Part shown: positions 10,741 to 20,037 of the stretch, in pieces
Layout: each line of letters begins with the position of its first letter
Numbering within the stretch: position 1 is the first letter of the stretch
From: Candidatus Poribacteria bacterium
GTDB lineage: Bacteria > Poribacteria > WGA-4E > JAJDTR01
Length of the DNA stretch: 64,000 bases
Direction: 5' to 3'
NCBI GenBank assembly: GCA_965222225.1
Contig: CBDCTK010000002.1
Location: forward strand, 1,472,001 to 1,536,000
Translations under genes and position numbers: made by a program
The notes under the pieces: model-generated
Database searches by the model: none
What the model saw: the letters and a program-made list of their open reading frames with translations, nothing else
Told to the model about the DNA's origin: nothing

Positions 10741-12036
10741 TTAAATCGTCAATACCACCTCAATCTCGTTATTTCCAGGTTGTAATTCGACTCGGATGAA
10801 CAAGAGTTGGTCGCTCAACCATTTCACTTCCTTGGCGTTTGAATTTACAAGGGTTAACCCTTCATGGTTTCCCCAGATTGCGAAACCGTAAGGCATTGCC
10901 TTCGAGGACTCGAGCGAAAAGCGCATCTGCAACTGATCCCTAGTGCGAGTGGGGGAGAAATATTCAATTTGTGGTAAGGTAAATTCTACACCGTGGCGGG
11001 ACTCGGTGGGCGGAGAGACATAATTTTTCATATCAATCGGCTCCATTTTGTCCCTCTCAAAGATGAATTGGCACTCGTCATCGTAATAATAAAGGGTTGA
11101 TTGAGAAGGAGCTTTCAATGAAACCTCATCAGCTTTAGGCCCGTTGCCCATAAGTAAGAAAGTTGGCGGCGTCTGCTTAAACGCAAGTTGATAATCGTTC
11201 GCCGCGTCAGAGAGCAGCATCACCTGCGTCGCTTCATGTTCACAAACCTTGCCGAGAAAAGCGTCAAGCTGTTCCGTCCCTTCCGACTCCAATTCCATCA
11301 AATCCGCAGCGCTAATATGCTGAACGTAGCCTAGCCAACGGTTCCATTTCGCGCTTGCGACATAGCAATCGAATGTCTGGCTTGCCGCACCACTTGAAAT
11401 CCATTGTTGAAGTGTAACCTCATGACTGTTTTGAGAGTCCCCTTCCTGCGGTTCCCGATTTTCCGCGAGATTGAAAGATGTACGTTGAATGCCGACAATT
11501 CGGCTTGACGGCGTTCCAGCAAGGTTATGATTATCTCTCGAAGGATAAAAAAACCCAAATGGGCATCCGCGGTCATCTCCGAGGTCCAAATCCGTTGCAT
11601 CCCATTGATATCCCCATAGCCCCTTGAACCCAACTTGTTCCAAAGCATAGAGAAGTACATGGGTTTTCTTATTTGCGCCTGCAACTCGAGGCGTTGCCCA
11701 CTCCATCACTCGGTGTATCTTACCCCATTCGGACGATACATACTTCGGTAATTTCTCGCGCATTGTCACGATGTGCTCGGCTGACTGGATGGTATCGCCG
11801 AGATCAACATCAGTCTCCCATATAGGCCCAATATCCAACATCAGAAGCGGTTCATCGCCGTGCGATTCATGCCATTCAGTAAGATTGTCGGCGAAGATGC
11901 GCGCCGAATTTCCGTTAATCGCCCAAGTAATTGGAATACCGTATTTGTGAGCGACCTCTGCGAGTAAGCCCATCCCACTTCTGAGAGCCCTGCGGTCATC
12001 GGAAATTGCTTTACAAACCAGCGAAAAGGTTAACAT
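10741..12036 (-). CDS. Hypothetical protein, possibly polysaccharide-deacetylase/GH57-like fold
   Basis: 431-aa ORF; GIPITWAI...HGDE N-terminal pattern loosely resembles that fold. Confidence 0.6.
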   Translation of the reverse strand: MLTFSLVCKAISDDRRALRSGMGLLAEVAHKYGIPITWAINGNSARIFADNLTEWHESHGDEPLLMLDIGPIWETDVDLGDTIQSAEHIVTMREKLPKYVSSEWGKIHRVMEWATPRVAGANKKTHVLLYALEQVGFKGLWGYQWDATDLDLGDDRGCPFGFFYPSRDNHNLAGTPSSRIVGIQRTSFNLAENREPQEGDSQNSHEVTLQQWISSGAASQTFDCYVASAKWNRWLGYVQHISAADLMELESEGTEQLDAFLGKVCEHEATQVMLLSDAANDYQLAFKQTPPTFLLMGNGPKADEVSLKAPSQSTLYYYDDECQFIFERDKMEPIDMKNYVSPPTESRHGVEFTLPQIEYFSPTRTRDQLQMRFSLESSKAMPYGFAIWGNHEGLTLVNSNAKEVKWLSDQLLFIRVELQPGNNEIEVVLTI

Positions 12037-12200
12037 GATGTCAAATACCTGAGATACGGATTAGGTCACAGGAGTTACAGACAAATTGTATTTTAACACT
12101 ATTTGGCAGAGATGTCACGTCTCTACTGTTAGGTCTAAACGAACGGGGACCTTCGGATTTAGCTGTGATGCAATAGTTCTTAAACTTGAGAATTTATAAC

Positions 12201-12229
12201 TTGATTTATCCCGTGTATGATGCTAGAGT
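12201..12229 (+). promoter_or_regulatory. Putative sigma70 promoter for sbcDC
   Basis: TTGATT-17 bp-TAGAGT with extended -10 TG. Confidence 0.45.
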
Positions 12230-12334
12230 GATTTTGCGGCAATTCTTGGCTTAACACAGTATCGGATTTGCAATCTACTAAGACGATTTCATCACGTCTT
12301 CACGCACCTACAACTACGTCCAATCAAGGCGTCT

Positions 12335-13564
12335 ATGCGAATTCTTCACACCGCGGACTGGCACATCGGACATCGGCTTTACGAGCGCAACCGAATTGAG
12401 GAACACCGCCAATTCCTAAAATGGCTGCTTGCAACCATCCAGGAGCATGAAGTCGACGTACTGGTTGTTTCCGGGGATGTATTCGATACTGCCCTACCTG
12501 CTTCGGAAGCGACCGGACTATACTACCAATTCCTTTTCCAACTCTACAAAGAGTCTGACGCCCAGGCGGTCATTACTGCTGGCAATCACGACTCTCCCCG
12601 TCATCTGGCAGCGCCGCGGGAATTCCTCAAGATGGGACGTATTCATGTTGTCGGAGAAATCGATTCGAGATTTGAAGGATTTGAAGATTGTGTTATCACA
12701 TTACACTCCCGCGCAGGGGACAAACCAAAAGATGCAGTGACGATCGCCGCGATCCCTTACTTATCCGAGAGTGAACTTCTGCCCCACATTTCGTTCGAGG
12801 CGGAGGTTGAAAGGGCGGAACGATATCGGGAGGCGACGAAGCAACTTTACGAACAATGTGTGGCACAGATGCCATCGCATCTGCCTAGAATATTGATGGG
12901 CCACCTTGTAGTACATGGCGGAGAGGAAAGTGGATCGGAGCGTGTTGTCCAAATTGGGGGAGCATCACTAGTGCGCCCCAGTGATTTCCCGAAGGGAGTC
13001 GACTATGTGGCATTGGGTCATCTTCATCGTCCACAATCAATCTATGGTGCCGATTGTCCGATTCGCTATTCGGGTTCGCCTTTACCAATGACTTTCAAAG
13101 AGGCAGAGTACGCAAAGAAAGTATACTTGGTTGATTTTACGGAAACTGCTGATACTCAACTCACGGAAATTAACGTCCCGGTGTTCAAAGAACTTTGTCG
13201 TGTGAAGGGGAACTACGATCAGGTGATAGTAGAAGCGATGTCCGGGGATTGGAGTGGAAAGTATATTGAGGTACAACTCACTCTTGATGCGCCACGGCTT
13301 GAGGTCAACGATGAAGTCCGCCAAGCGTTTGGAAGCCGCAAGGGCGAGGTGTTGATTGTGGAAGTACAATTAGCGGAACAGCTGCGCGAAACTGGGTTGT
13401 CTGCTGAGGAGATTTCTAGCAAGCCGCCAGAGGAGATTTTCGAGGAGTATTACCGTACAGAATATAAGGACGCAAGGGTCGCTGAAACGGAACTTCCAAG
13501 TTTATTAGAAACCTTTGAAGAACTGGTGCATATTGCCTCAACTAAAACTGAGGAAACTGAGTGA
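12335..13564 (+). CDS. sbcD: Exonuclease SbcCD nuclease subunit
   Basis: HTADWHIG, GDVFD, AGNHDS, ALGHLH, YSGSP. Confidence 0.95.
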   Translation: MRILHTADWHIGHRLYERNRIEEHRQFLKWLLATIQEHEVDVLVVSGDVFDTALPASEATGLYYQFLFQLYKESDAQAVITAGNHDSPRHLAAPREFLKMGRIHVVGEIDSRFEGFEDCVITLHSRAGDKPKDAVTIAAIPYLSESELLPHISFEAEVERAERYREATKQLYEQCVAQMPSHLPRILMGHLVVHGGEESGSERVVQIGGASLVRPSDFPKGVDYVALGHLHRPQSIYGADCPIRYSGSPLPMTFKEAEYAKKVYLVDFTETADTQLTEINVPVFKELCRVKGNYDQVIVEAMSGDWSGKYIEVQLTLDAPRLEVNDEVRQAFGSRKGEVLIVEVQLAEQLRETGLSAEEISSKPPEEIFEEYYRTEYKDARVAETELPSLLETFEELVHIASTKTEETE

Positions 13565-13602
13565 ATGACCTAAAGGGTTATATTAGATCTTGGAGAGATT
13601 AG

Positions 13603-16600
13603 ATGAGATTACTCAGATTGCGAATCAAGAACCTGAACAGTTTTCGCAGTGAGACTGAACTCGACTTCGAGCGTAAACCGCTGAATGGTACATCGCTGAT
13701 AGCAATTACAGGTCCAACTGGGGCGGGGAAAACTACCTTGCTCGATGCGCTATGCGTTGCGCTCTACAACAAAACACCGCGCCTATTAGGTGGTAAACGC
13801 AATAAGAATCCCGGTAATCTGCTGAGTCAGGGGAAAACAGAAGGATTTGCTGAAGCGCTTTTTGAAGCCAAAGGGAATCGTTATCTCGCTGAATGGCGAA
13901 TTAAACGCAACTCAAAGGGCGAACTCAAGCCAGAGGTTAAGTTGATCGAGGCTAATACAGAGAATGTGATTACCGATCGATTGTCCTCGCGAGGCGAATC
14001 TCATGACACAAGCGAGATGAGTGTGAGCAAAGTTATTGAATCCATCTTGGGACTAGATTTTAACGCCTTTAACCGCTCGGTAATGTTAGCACAAGGCGAT
14101 TTTGCGGCTTTCTTAAGAGCGAAACCTGAAGAGCGTCGCGGAATCTTGGAGGCGACAACGGGCATTGGGGTTTACGATCAACTCAAGCATGTGCTGAACA
14201 GAAAGGTCGATGAAACGGAATGGACGTATAATCCCCTTGAAAGGGATTTTGAAGCGATCACATTCGTGACTGATGAGGAAATGGAGAAAGCGCGAAATGA
14301 CCTTGAGGAACAGGAAGTCAAGGCCCAATCTTTGCAGAGGGAACGCGCCAAAATTCTGGATGAGAAGAAGATCGAGGAGGAGCGCGAGCGCCTATTCAAC
14401 CAACTGACACAGGCGGAAATACGTCAGGGACAACTGTTGAACCAGCAGAAAGAGATTAATCTACAGCAATCGGAACTAGAGTTTGCTCACCGTGCCGCAA
14501 AGCTGGTCCCTGAGCAGACAAAGTTTCGAGATGAAAAAAAAGATCTTGAGACGATACAGGGGAACTTTGGAAAAGCTAATGACAGTTTAGAATTCGCGAG
14601 AAAAGACTATGACGAAGCACGGAGGAACTTTGCGGAAATCAATGAAGCGCATCTTGATTTGCGATCAGACAGTGACGCCAGAATAAAGGCGTATCGAGCA
14701 GCAAGTGATGAGGAGGCTCGTGCGAAAGCGCAATTGGAAACGGTTAAGGGACGGACGGCAGAACTTGAAACGATTGGAAAACGTATTGACGAACTGTTGA
14801 AAACAGCTGCATTCCAAGACAAGGAAAGAGCCGCACTGGAAAAGGATATCGAAGAGGATATTTCGTTTTTACAAGAATCGTCGCTGCCGGAAGATAGCAA
14901 CCAATGCCTTAATCAGGCGAATATAGTTCTCCAGAAGCGCAACTGGAAATCGGAATTCTGGAACGAGAAGTTGAAGACGGGAAAAGAGTTACAGTCGAAG
15001 ATTACAGACTTGGTGGATGAGTTGGCAAAATCGGAGGAAGAGCGGCAGAGACGCATCAAGCAAACGCAAGTTGCGGACGCTAGGCTAACACAGGCAGAAT
15101 CCGCGTTGGAAGCACAACAGAATAAAGGCACCGTGGAGACATGGCAAGCGCAAAAACATCAGGCGAGTGAACATCAGTCCATTGCAATCAAGTTCGAGGA
15201 AAACCAGCGTCAATTGAGCGATGAAAGGGGTCAATTGAGGAAGGTGAGTGATTCCTTGAATTCCGCTCAGGAGGAGTTCGCAACACTCGATCGGAAATCT
15301 GAAATTCAAACCGAAGTATTCGGACGAGTGGAGGAAAAAGTGAAGCGCTGCACCTCCGAAAAAGACCGTGCTCGCATGCTGAACCACATCACCGACTTAC
15401 GCGGACAACTCGACGATAATCAACCGTGCCCAGTGTGTGGAGCGATGGAACATCCGTGGCGGGAGAAAAAGGAGGGGGAGCGTGAGAAACAGTTGAAAAT
15501 TGCCTCAGCTAATCTATCGGAGGCTGAAAAGGAACTTCAAGCTGAAAAAAGGGAATTCCAAAATCTGGAACAGGAACAGATTCGGTTCGAGGAAAACGAA
15601 TCGTATCTTAAGGAGCAAATTAGTGAATCTCGCAAGAAGTTTGAATCATTGGAAGAAATCCGCGACTCTGTGCAAATGAACTGGAAGGAGACCTATCCGC
15701 AGAACGAAATCTCTTCGCAATGGATCCAACAGATAATTGAAACAGCGGACGAATCCATCCGCAAACTTCAGGAAGTGCGGGAGGCATCGAAAGACCAGAA
15801 AAGATCTGCCGAACGTCTGAGTGAACAGGAGCGGGAGATTCAGCGCGTCAAGACTGAATTGGATGACGCCGAATCACAAGAACAGACTGTGAATACAGAG
15901 GTAGAAGGTCTAAGCGATGAAATTGAAGCACTTGACACAGACTTCTGGGAGGCGCTGCCTGACGATTTTCGTGAAGAGGACCAAGGGGAGGCACTTAATC
16001 AGTTCGAAGCACGGATTGAGGAAGTCCAAGCACGAAAAGAAAGATTAAATGAAGGACGGAACCGGCTGAGCCTACTCAAATTGGAGATTGAACAAAACTC
16101 GAAAGATCAAAACGCGAATCGAGAACGCCAAGCGGACGTGGTGGCAGAGATAGAGCGTTGTCGTGCCGAGGCCAATCAATTGTCCGAATCAGCGCGAGCA
16201 AAGACGGGAGGATTGACCGCAGAAGCTGCCAGTAACAAGCTGGGGAGGGAAGTGGCAGAAAAAACAGAGCTCCGTGAGAAAAGCCAGAAGGTGTCGAGTG
16301 AGAAGGAAAACGAACTGACCCAGGCACAGACAAAAGCAGATAATCTTGAGTCCCAGCACGCCGCGTGTGTAAAAAAATTGGATGCCGCACAACGCAGCTA
16401 TTTTGAGGCTCTAGAAAACGGTGACTTTGAGTCTCCTGAAGCTCATGAAGAGGCATTTCGTGATGAAGCGTGGATAAAGGGATGTGAGGTAAGAATCGCT
16501 GAATACATACAGGACTTGCGCACAGTTGGAGAGGAAGTTGCGCGATTGCGACCAAATTTCGCCGATCGACCATTCGACCCAGAGATAGTCACGCGCCTTC

Positions 16601-17235
16601 AAGAGGGAGAGGGAGGCATCAATGAGGAGATTGAATCATCCAGCCAGCAAGTTTGGGAATTGCAGGCGAATATTAAGAAATTAGAAGAGGATATCCAGCA
16701 ACGGAACGCGCAAAAAGGCGCGCTCGAAAAAGCCCTCCAAGAGAAGAACCGGTGGGCAAATCTACAGAATTGCATTCCCCACAACAGTCTGCGCGATTTC
16801 GCCCTGGAGCGGATGTTTGATTCGATAATCCGCTTCGCAAACCACCAATTGCAAGATCTTACGCAGCGTTATGAATTGAGAGTGGAAGGCATTGATGATA
16901 TGGTAGTGATTGATCGCTGGAATGGGAACGAAGAGCGTCCGGTGGAAACACTATCAGGAGGCGAAGCGTTTCTGACGAGCCTGTCACTCGCGCTTGCACT
17001 CTCCGAGATGAGCCGTGGTCGGACGCAACTCAACTCTCTCTACCTTGACGAAGGGTTTGGCACACTTGACAGTCAAACGCTGGACATCGCGATCTCTGCA
17101 CTAGAAGGATTGCGACTAGCAGGCAGAACTGTTGTGGTCATCAGCCACATTGACGAGTTGACTAGGCGGATTCCAGTACGAATTGCTGTTGATAAGGTGG
17201 GAAGTGGAAGCTCACGGGCGCGGATACAAGGGTAA
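13603..17235 (+). CDS. sbcC: SbcC SMC-like ATPase
   Basis: GPTGAGKTT, long coiled coil with CPVC zinc hook, LSGGE, LYLDEGFG, ISH. Confidence 0.95.
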   Translation: MRLLRLRIKNLNSFRSETELDFERKPLNGTSLIAITGPTGAGKTTLLDALCVALYNKTPRLLGGKRNKNPGNLLSQGKTEGFAEALFEAKGNRYLAEWRIKRNSKGELKPEVKLIEANTENVITDRLSSRGESHDTSEMSVSKVIESILGLDFNAFNRSVMLAQGDFAAFLRAKPEERRGILEATTGIGVYDQLKHVLNRKVDETEWTYNPLERDFEAITFVTDEEMEKARNDLEEQEVKAQSLQRERAKILDEKKIEEERERLFNQLTQAEIRQGQLLNQQKEINLQQSELEFAHRAAKLVPEQTKFRDEKKDLETIQGNFGKANDSLEFARKDYDEARRNFAEINEAHLDLRSDSDARIKAYRAASDEEARAKAQLETVKGRTAELETIGKRIDELLKTAAFQDKERAALEKDIEEDISFLQESSLPEDSNQCLNQANIVLQKRNWKSEFWNEKLKTGKELQSKITDLVDELAKSEEERQRRIKQTQVADARLTQAESALEAQQNKGTVETWQAQKHQASEHQSIAIKFEENQRQLSDERGQLRKVSDSLNSAQEEFATLDRKSEIQTEVFGRVEEKVKRCTSEKDRARMLNHITDLRGQLDDNQPCPVCGAMEHPWREKKEGEREKQLKIASANLSEAEKELQAEKREFQNLEQEQIRFEENESYLKEQISESRKKFESLEEIRDSVQMNWKETYPQNEISSQWIQQIIETADESIRKLQEVREASKDQKRSAERLSEQEREIQRVKTELDDAESQEQTVNTEVEGLSDEIEALDTDFWEALPDDFREEDQGEALNQFEARIEEVQARKERLNEGRNRLSLLKLEIEQNSKDQNANRERQADVVAEIERCRAEANQLSESARAKTGGLTAEAASNKLGREVAEKTELREKSQKVSSEKENELTQAQTKADNLESQHAACVKKLDAAQRSYFEALENGDFESPEAHEEAFRDEAWIKGCEVRIAEYIQDLRTVGEEVARLRPNFADRPFDPEIVTRLQEGEGGINEEIESSSQQVWELQANIKKLEEDIQQRNAQKGALEKALQEKNRWANLQNCIPHNSLRDFALERMFDSIIRFANHQLQDLTQRYELRVEGIDDMVVIDRWNGNEERPVETLSGGEAFLTSLSLALALSEMSRGRTQLNSLYLDEGFGTLDSQTLDIAISALEGLRLAGRTVVVISHIDELTRRIPVRIAVDKVGSGSSRARIQG

Positions 17236-17381
17236 ACACAGGTTAGCATTCTAAAGTGTCAAACCAATCTGATGATTTCAAGAAAGCGCGAAAGCGCGTT
17301 ACATTCGCGGATTGGTTAAGATGCCCTCCAATCAATTCTCCTCAATTTCTCACGTGAGTTCTACAAGACCACTTCGTCTGG

Positions 17382-17443
17382 TCACGGATATCCGTGAGGC
17401 GCCTAATTTGATTCTTGTACTCTTTCTAGACGAGCGTTATAAT
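17382..17443 (+). promoter_or_regulatory. Palindromic operator TCACGGATATCCGTGA plus sigma70 promoter of the Rieske/cyt b operon
   Basis: Perfect 16-bp palindrome at 17382-17397; TTGTAC(17415)-17 bp-TATAAT(17438). Same palindrome recurs at 25850. Confidence 0.75.
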
Positions 17444-17539
17444 ATACGAAATTTTGCAAGCAATATTGTAGTGCATACGTTTTTAGAGAATGATTCTTAA
17501 ATCCATCAGTCAAACACCGAACTCTTGAGGTTACATATC

Positions 17540-18028
17540 ATGGCATCTCGACGACAATTTTTCAAGTTCCTCGGATGGGGGAACTTTGTAGCTGCACTCG
17601 GGCTTGCTTTTGGTCCCGGATTAATCCGATTCTTGTATCCCCGTGTTCTGTTTGAGCCCTCCTCGACCTTTAAAGCAGGGTTTCCCGATGAATATCCACC
17701 CGGCAGTGTTAGTGAAAAGTACAAGAAAAATCCATACGGAGTTTGGATTGTTCGACGGGAGGATGGCGAATTCTACGCACTGTTGACCACTTGTACTCAC
17801 CTCGGTTGCACACCGCGTTGGTTTGGCTCCGAAAATAAGTTCAAGTGTCCCTGTCACGGGAGTGGTTTCGATCGGGAGGGCGTCAATTATGAGGGACCTG
17901 CACCCCGTCCTCTTGAGCGTGTAAAAATCGTTTTGGCGGAAGATGGACAGCTCGAAATTGATAAATCTGTGAAATTCCTCGGCGAAAGAGGTGACTGGGG
18001 AACACCCGGTTCGTTTTTGAAAGTTTAA
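17540..18028 (+). CDS. petC: Rieske 2Fe-2S subunit of a cytochrome bc/b6f-type complex
   Basis: Tat motif SRRQFF, CTHLGC and CPCHGS boxes. Confidence 0.93.
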   Translation: MASRRQFFKFLGWGNFVAALGLAFGPGLIRFLYPRVLFEPSSTFKAGFPDEYPPGSVSEKYKKNPYGVWIVRREDGEFYALLTTCTHLGCTPRWFGSENKFKCPCHGSGFDREGVNYEGPAPRPLERVKIVLAEDGQLEIDKSVKFLGERGDWGTPGSFLKV

Positions 18029-18148
18029 CCGAGTTTGCGGCACCAGAACTGACTATTGCGCTATGTGAGAAAGGAGCCAAACAGATTCTCCAAATGAGTA
18101 GTTGTCGCGAATTGTTCGCGTGCTCATGGAGTTGACTTCACATTTCTT

Positions 18149-18919
18149 ATGAATGAGAAACGTAACGGACTCAAGGGAAAAATTGTTAATTCTCCAATCT
18201 GGCGGTCAATGTTCCGCCACGGTTACGAGAACACTGGACGGCGGTATACGCTGCAAATCCTTCAAAATGTATGGCTGCATTTACATCCACCACGTGTTCC
18301 ACGCCACGGAATCAACTTCCGTTTTACTTGGTGCATGGGCGGAATCACCTTCTTGATGTTCCTTGTTACTGCGGTCACGGGAGTCCTGCTCATGTTTTAC
18401 TATCGCCCCACCGCAGAATATGCGTTTCGAGATGTGCAGTATCTGGAGTTCGATATCCCATTTGGAATGTTGTTGCGCAACATGCACCGTTGGGCAGCGC
18501 ACGGCATGGTCATCGCTGTTATGCTCCACATGTTCCGCGTTTTCTTGACCGGGTCATATAAGAAGCCGCGTGAGTTCAATTGGGGAGTTGGGGTTATATT
18601 GCTTGTTGTTACGCTCTTTCTCAGCTTCACGGGCTACCTGCTTCCGTGGGACCAGCTCGCCTTTTGGGCGGTCACAGTGGGTACGAATATGGCGCGAGCG
18701 ACTCCCGTCTTGGGACATGAGGGGCCATTCCACCCTCAGGACATCACCCAAGAGAACGATGTGCGGTTTGCTCTCCTCGGTGGAACAATTGTAGGCCCTT
18801 CAACTCTGTTGCGGTTTTATATTCTGCACTGTGTCGCCGTGCCGTTGCTTGCAAGCGTGCTGATGGCATTACATTTTTGGCGGGTTCGTAAGGACGGTGG
18901 GATTTCAGGCCCTCTATAG
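18149..18919 (+). CDS. petB: Cytochrome b6-like N-terminal subunit (split cytochrome b)
   Basis: HRWAAH..LH and LH..LH heme ligands, GYLLPWDQ, WCMGG (heme ci-type Cys), GISGPL terminus. Confidence 0.92.
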   Translation: MNEKRNGLKGKIVNSPIWRSMFRHGYENTGRRYTLQILQNVWLHLHPPRVPRHGINFRFTWCMGGITFLMFLVTAVTGVLLMFYYRPTAEYAFRDVQYLEFDIPFGMLLRNMHRWAAHGMVIAVMLHMFRVFLTGSYKKPREFNWGVGVILLVVTLFLSFTGYLLPWDQLAFWAVTVGTNMARATPVLGHEGPFHPQDITQENDVRFALLGGTIVGPSTLLRFYILHCVAVPLLASVLMALHFWRVRKDGGISGPL

Positions 18920-19104
18920 ATTCAATTAAGATGTCGACCTGGGTTAAAGTTGGCTCAAGCGCAAACGCCCGAAAGTCACACCCGTCAGGTTCAAGGTATC
19001 AAAATATAGCCCACTCATGGTTAATTGTCACTAAGAGTTCTGCTGGCGTGATTTGGTAACATACTTTTTCCGTTAGTTCAAACCTTTGAGGTAATCTGTA
19101 ATCT

Positions 19105-19971
19105 ATGGAACATTTGATAGCACTTGTTACGAAACCTGATAATGTCCCAATCCTTGCAATTGTTTTTCTATTACCATACTTCACTTGGCTCGCATTTAGT
19201 CAAGGACGCAAAAATGACCGAGCTGGAACACCGGCTGAAGCAGCACTCAAAGACAAAGTTTACGTTTGGCCCTACCTTTGCCGCAATGAATTTCTGTGCG
19301 CTATAATTATACTTCTCATCCTCGCCGTTTGGTCGATTACGATTGATGCCCCGCTAGAAGAACCGAGCGACCCCACCATAACCCCCAATCCCTCCAAAGC
19401 CCCGTGGTATTTCCTCGCGCTGCAAGAGATGCTAGTGTATTTCGACCCGTGGGTTGCCGGCGTCGTGTTACCAAGCTTAATTATCGTAGGTTTGATTGCC
19501 ATCCCTTATATTGACATCAACCCAAAGGGGAAAGGCTACTATACGCTTAAAGAGCGCCCGTTTGCAATCGTGACGTTCTGTTTCGGCTTTATCGTCCTGT
19601 GGATTACTCTGATGGTGGTTGGCACTTTTCTACGAGGCCCCGGTTGGAATTTCTTCGCCCCGTGGAATGCATGGGATCCCCACAAAGTCGTGCCACTGAC
19701 AAACGTCAACCTATCGTACAAGTTTGGCATTCGAGACGTGCATACCGCGAATGTGATCGGTTTTGTCGTTGTTGCCGGTTATTTTGCCTTAGGTCCTATC
19801 TTCTATCTATGGAAGATGCGAACCAGCGAATTTCTCCAAGAGTTGGGACTGGTCCGATATATTGTCGTGTCGTTCCTGTTTTTGACAATGCTTTCCCTTC
19901 CAATCAAGATGATTCTCCGGTGGGTGTGGAATATCAAATATATTTGGGTTTCCCCTTGGTTTAATATCTAG
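19105..19971 (+). CDS. petD: Cytochrome b C-terminal / subunit IV-like protein
   Basis: APLEEP..P..TPNPSKAPWYF (PEWY-equivalent), PYID, multiple TM helices. Confidence 0.85.
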   Translation: MEHLIALVTKPDNVPILAIVFLLPYFTWLAFSQGRKNDRAGTPAEAALKDKVYVWPYLCRNEFLCAIIILLILAVWSITIDAPLEEPSDPTITPNPSKAPWYFLALQEMLVYFDPWVAGVVLPSLIIVGLIAIPYIDINPKGKGYYTLKERPFAIVTFCFGFIVLWITLMVVGTFLRGPGWNFFAPWNAWDPHKVVPLTNVNLSYKFGIRDVHTANVIGFVVVAGYFALGPIFYLWKMRTSEFLQELGLVRYIVVSFLFLTMLSLPIKMILRWVWNIKYIWVSPWFNI

Positions 19972-20037
19972 GGTATGTTGCGTAACGTGTAAAACGCAGA
20001 AGATACCTGCCAAACCGAAGTTTTTTGTGTTTATTTT

